From contig JAWMAR010000711.1 in the NCBI GenBank assembly GCA_036785375.1, positions 62,001 to 126,000 of the forward strand: a stretch of DNA of 64,000 bases, in the 5' to 3' direction. The notes beneath the pieces were generated by a model that saw nothing but the letters and a program-made list of their open reading frames with translations, was not told the DNA's origin and made no database searches. Shown piece after piece: positions 61,908-64,000 of the stretch. The stretch comes from Leucoraja ocellata. Its lineage: Eukaryota. The position numbers were made by a program, and so were the translations under genes. Within the stretch, counting starts at the first letter, position 1. Each line of letters begins with the position of its first letter.

Positions 61908-61995
61908 CAGGGTCTAGAGGGTGGCAGGTCCCATTATCCCGGCATACTTTAGCAACACTGTAGGTGGTCTCCATCTCAGACACGACACTGTCGTA
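61908..61995 (-). CDS. ACE: ACE exon (most 5' exon in the window; the gene continues beyond the right edge)
   Basis: 88 bp, AG/GT; YDSVVSEMETTYSVAKVCRDNGTCHPLDP; phases chain correctly through all 11 exons. Confidence 0.95.
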
Positions 61996-62594
61996 CTGGA
62001 AAGAGAAAGTGCTGAGTATTAAATAGAATACTTCGGATCCGTTTATAGAAAATTAGGTACAAAATCTCCAGAGGTAAGCAATCAATGAAATATTTAATAG
62101 TAAGATTAAACGAGTACTTACCAGTACGAAGTTTGATCTGTATTTTATGAGGAGTTACGATGAGGGATTACGTGAAGAACCCACCCAGCGCGCAGGCGCG
62201 GCATACTTCCAAGCAGCGGTGTGGAATCACAGATAGACACTAGTTGAAGTAAAGATAGTGAAGACCAACGAGACATTAGTCCGAATTTGATCTATGTAAT
62301 GAGGGTGGGAGCGGAGGGCACGTAATCCCTCATCGTAACTCCTCATAAAATACAGATCAAACTTCGTACTGGTAAGTACTCGTTTAATCTTACTATTTTA
62401 CTTCGGAGTCACGTGAGTGACTACGTGAAGACTTCAAAGGTCTGTGATTTCAAACCGTGTAACAGTTATATCACTCACTGCCGAAAGATCATCGAGGGAG
62501 GAAGTGGTAGCTAGAGACCAACAAGTTTGTTTAGTTATAAAAGAAATATTTATTAACTATAACAAAAAACAAAATAGCTCCCATGGGCTTTAAA

Positions 62595-63605
62595 TCATAA
62601 CTTTGCGGTTTTTAAAACGGTATCCGCAAAGACGTCCTGTTCCATCAGCGGTTTGTTGTAAAATCGTTGGAATGTCGATTCCCTTGACCATCCCGCTGCT
62701 CTGAGGATGTGGTCGAGGGGAACCTGCATCCTATCCGCCGCTGAGGTGGACGCTGCCCTGGTTGAATGGGATTTAAAAACATTTGTGTTAATCCCTGCCA
62801 TGCTGAGGACCTGTTTCAACCATCTGGATAATGTTTGGCTGGTTACCCGTCCAAAAGGCTTTCTGTGGCTAACCCATAAGGCTTTCTCTCTCCCTCTTAG
62901 CGTTTGGGTTGTGTCTAGATAATGATGAAGGTGGGTCACCACACACAGCCTAGGTTCTGGAGGGTAAGCCCGGAAGATCAACGGGGAGTTTGATGTACCT
63001 GGTCTACTTTGTTTTACCAACCCCGGCATGGTGAAAGTAATGGTATCTGGGGTGGTCACCATGTAGTTCAGATTAAGCTGATGGAGCGACTGGACCCTTT
63101 GAGCTGAGACAAGCGCCATGAGCATGAGGGTTTTGTAAGTGGCCTGTTCCAGGCTCAGGGATCCCACCGGAGGCCAACCTCGAAGGTGTGTGAGAACTAC
63201 ACTCACATCCCACATGTGAGTGTATCTAGGTGTAGGGGGTTTGGTATTAAAGATCCCCTTAAGGAGTCTGATGACTAGAGGGTGGGATCCCACACTATGC
63301 TGTTCTATCGGCATGAGATATGCGGACAGTGCGCTCCGAGCCGTATTGATGGCACTGTAGCTCATCTTGAGATCATGGTGCAGGTGGGCCAGGAACTCCA
63401 GCACATCCGAGATCGAAGTCGTCGTGTAGGATGTCCCTGCGTCCAGACAGTACTGTTCCCATTTCCTGATGAAGGTCAGGTACTGTTTCTTGGTGGAAAC
63501 TCGCAGGGATGCCGACATGGTGGTGATTGTTCTGTCTGATAACCCCAATCCCCGGTAAGGCCTGTTCAAAATCTGGAAACCAGGAGTTTCAATTTTTGGT
63601 GGCAT
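62595..63605 (-). CDS. DIRS tyrosine recombinase
   Basis: 336 aa uninterrupted; SAQRVQ (R), KQSR (K), HSTR (H-x-x-R), AGW, FQRFY (Y). Confidence 0.9.
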   Translation of the reverse strand: MPPKIETPGFQILNRPYRGLGLSDRTITTMSASLRVSTKKQYLTFIRKWEQYCLDAGTSYTTTSISDVLEFLAHLHHDLKMSYSAINTARSALSAYLMPIEQHSVGSHPLVIRLLKGIFNTKPPTPRYTHMWDVSVVLTHLRGWPPVGSLSLEQATYKTLMLMALVSAQRVQSLHQLNLNYMVTTPDTITFTMPGLVKQSRPGTSNSPLIFRAYPPEPRLCVVTHLHHYLDTTQTLRGREKALWVSHRKPFGRVTSQTLSRWLKQVLSMAGINTNVFKSHSTRAASTSAADRMQVPLDHILRAAGWSRESTFQRFYNKPLMEQDVFADTVLKTAKL

Positions 63606-64000
63606 GGATGGCTAATGCCAGTTACCGGGTGAGTCAATAATTGGGGGTGGTGTTGAAGGACCATTGGTGTCTCTACCACCATGTCGTGGAACATTGGGAA
63701 CCATGGTTGGGTAGGCCAGTCGGGCACGACCAGAATGCCAGAGGCTGAGTCTGCCTGAATTTTCTGGAGTACCCGACTGATGAGGCAGAAGGGAGGGAAA
63801 GCATAGAAAAAGAAATTTCCCCAGTCCAGCGTGAAGGCATCTACCGCTGCTGCCTCTGGGTCTGGTTCCCAAGCCACATACATGGGTAGTTGGTGATTTA
63901 ACCTAGACGCAAACAAATCTATATCTGGCGTACCATATTGCTTGATAATTTTAGCAAATGATTTTGGGTCCAACATCCATTCGATGTTGTCGTTGAATTT
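63566..64000 (-). CDS. DIRS pol C-terminus: DNA N6-adenine methyltransferase-like (MT) domain, partial
   Basis: DIDLFASRLN, DAFTLDW, YAFPPF, VVPDWPTQPWF. Confidence 0.85.
   Translation of the reverse strand, partial: KFNDNIEWMLDPKSFAKIIKQYGTPDIDLFASRLNHQLPMYVAWEPDPEAAAVDAFTLDWGNFFFYAFPPFCLISRVLQKIQADSASGILVVPDWPTQPWFPMFHDMVVETPMVLQHHPQLLTHPVTGISHPCHQKLKLLVSRF

Larger units (their letters stand above)
62096..64000 (-). mobile_element. DIRS-like tyrosine-recombinase retrotransposon, 3' part, in an ACE intron
   Basis: MT-like ORF overlapping YR ORF; perfect 79-bp inverted repeat 62096-62174 / 62319-62397 (terminus vs internal complementary region). Confidence 0.92.

Noticed and set aside
62595-64000. 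Phage integrase plus methyltransferase as bacterial contamination or HGT
   Set aside because: Order, overlap and terminal inverted repeat are standard DIRS retrotransposon architecture, and the element lies in an ACE intron

Overview
Eukaryotic, repeat-rich vertebrate DNA. The repeat content (CR1 LINEs with (TTTCTATG)n tails, HE1/V-type SINEs, Penelope-like termini) points to a cartilaginous fish, probably a skate or ray (inference). Two host genes face each other tail-to-tail. (1) Plus strand: the last two coding exons (4901-5008, 7905-8090) of a divergent SLC15A1/A2 (PepT)-type di/tripeptide transporter. (2) Minus strand: the last 11 coding exons (61995 down to 32102) of angiotensin-converting enzyme (ACE), covering most of the C-terminal catalytic domain (HEMGH...EAIGD intact), stalk, TM helix and an unusually short tail. 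The tail is cut by TGA-TGA, with an in-frame relic (TNKTSPDYQMDLK*) left behind it. The rest is nested transposons: the 5' half of an apparently intact CR1, a BEL/Pao LTR element hosting a Harbinger-type element and a Neptune-type Penelope-like element (PLE), a second PLE, two Helitron-like elements, RTE and Rex/Babar fragments, Harbinger and hAT MITEs, and a DIRS retrotransposon (MT-like domain plus tyrosine recombinase) running off the right edge. The most striking unannotated signal is about 18-20 short PLE-terminus copies, most carrying an intact or decayed minimal hammerhead ribozyme motif (CTGAnGA-stem-GAAAC-GTH). Many sit as inverted pairs, and one intact-core copy lies on the ACE pre-mRNA strand. 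All calls are by eye; no database searches were run.
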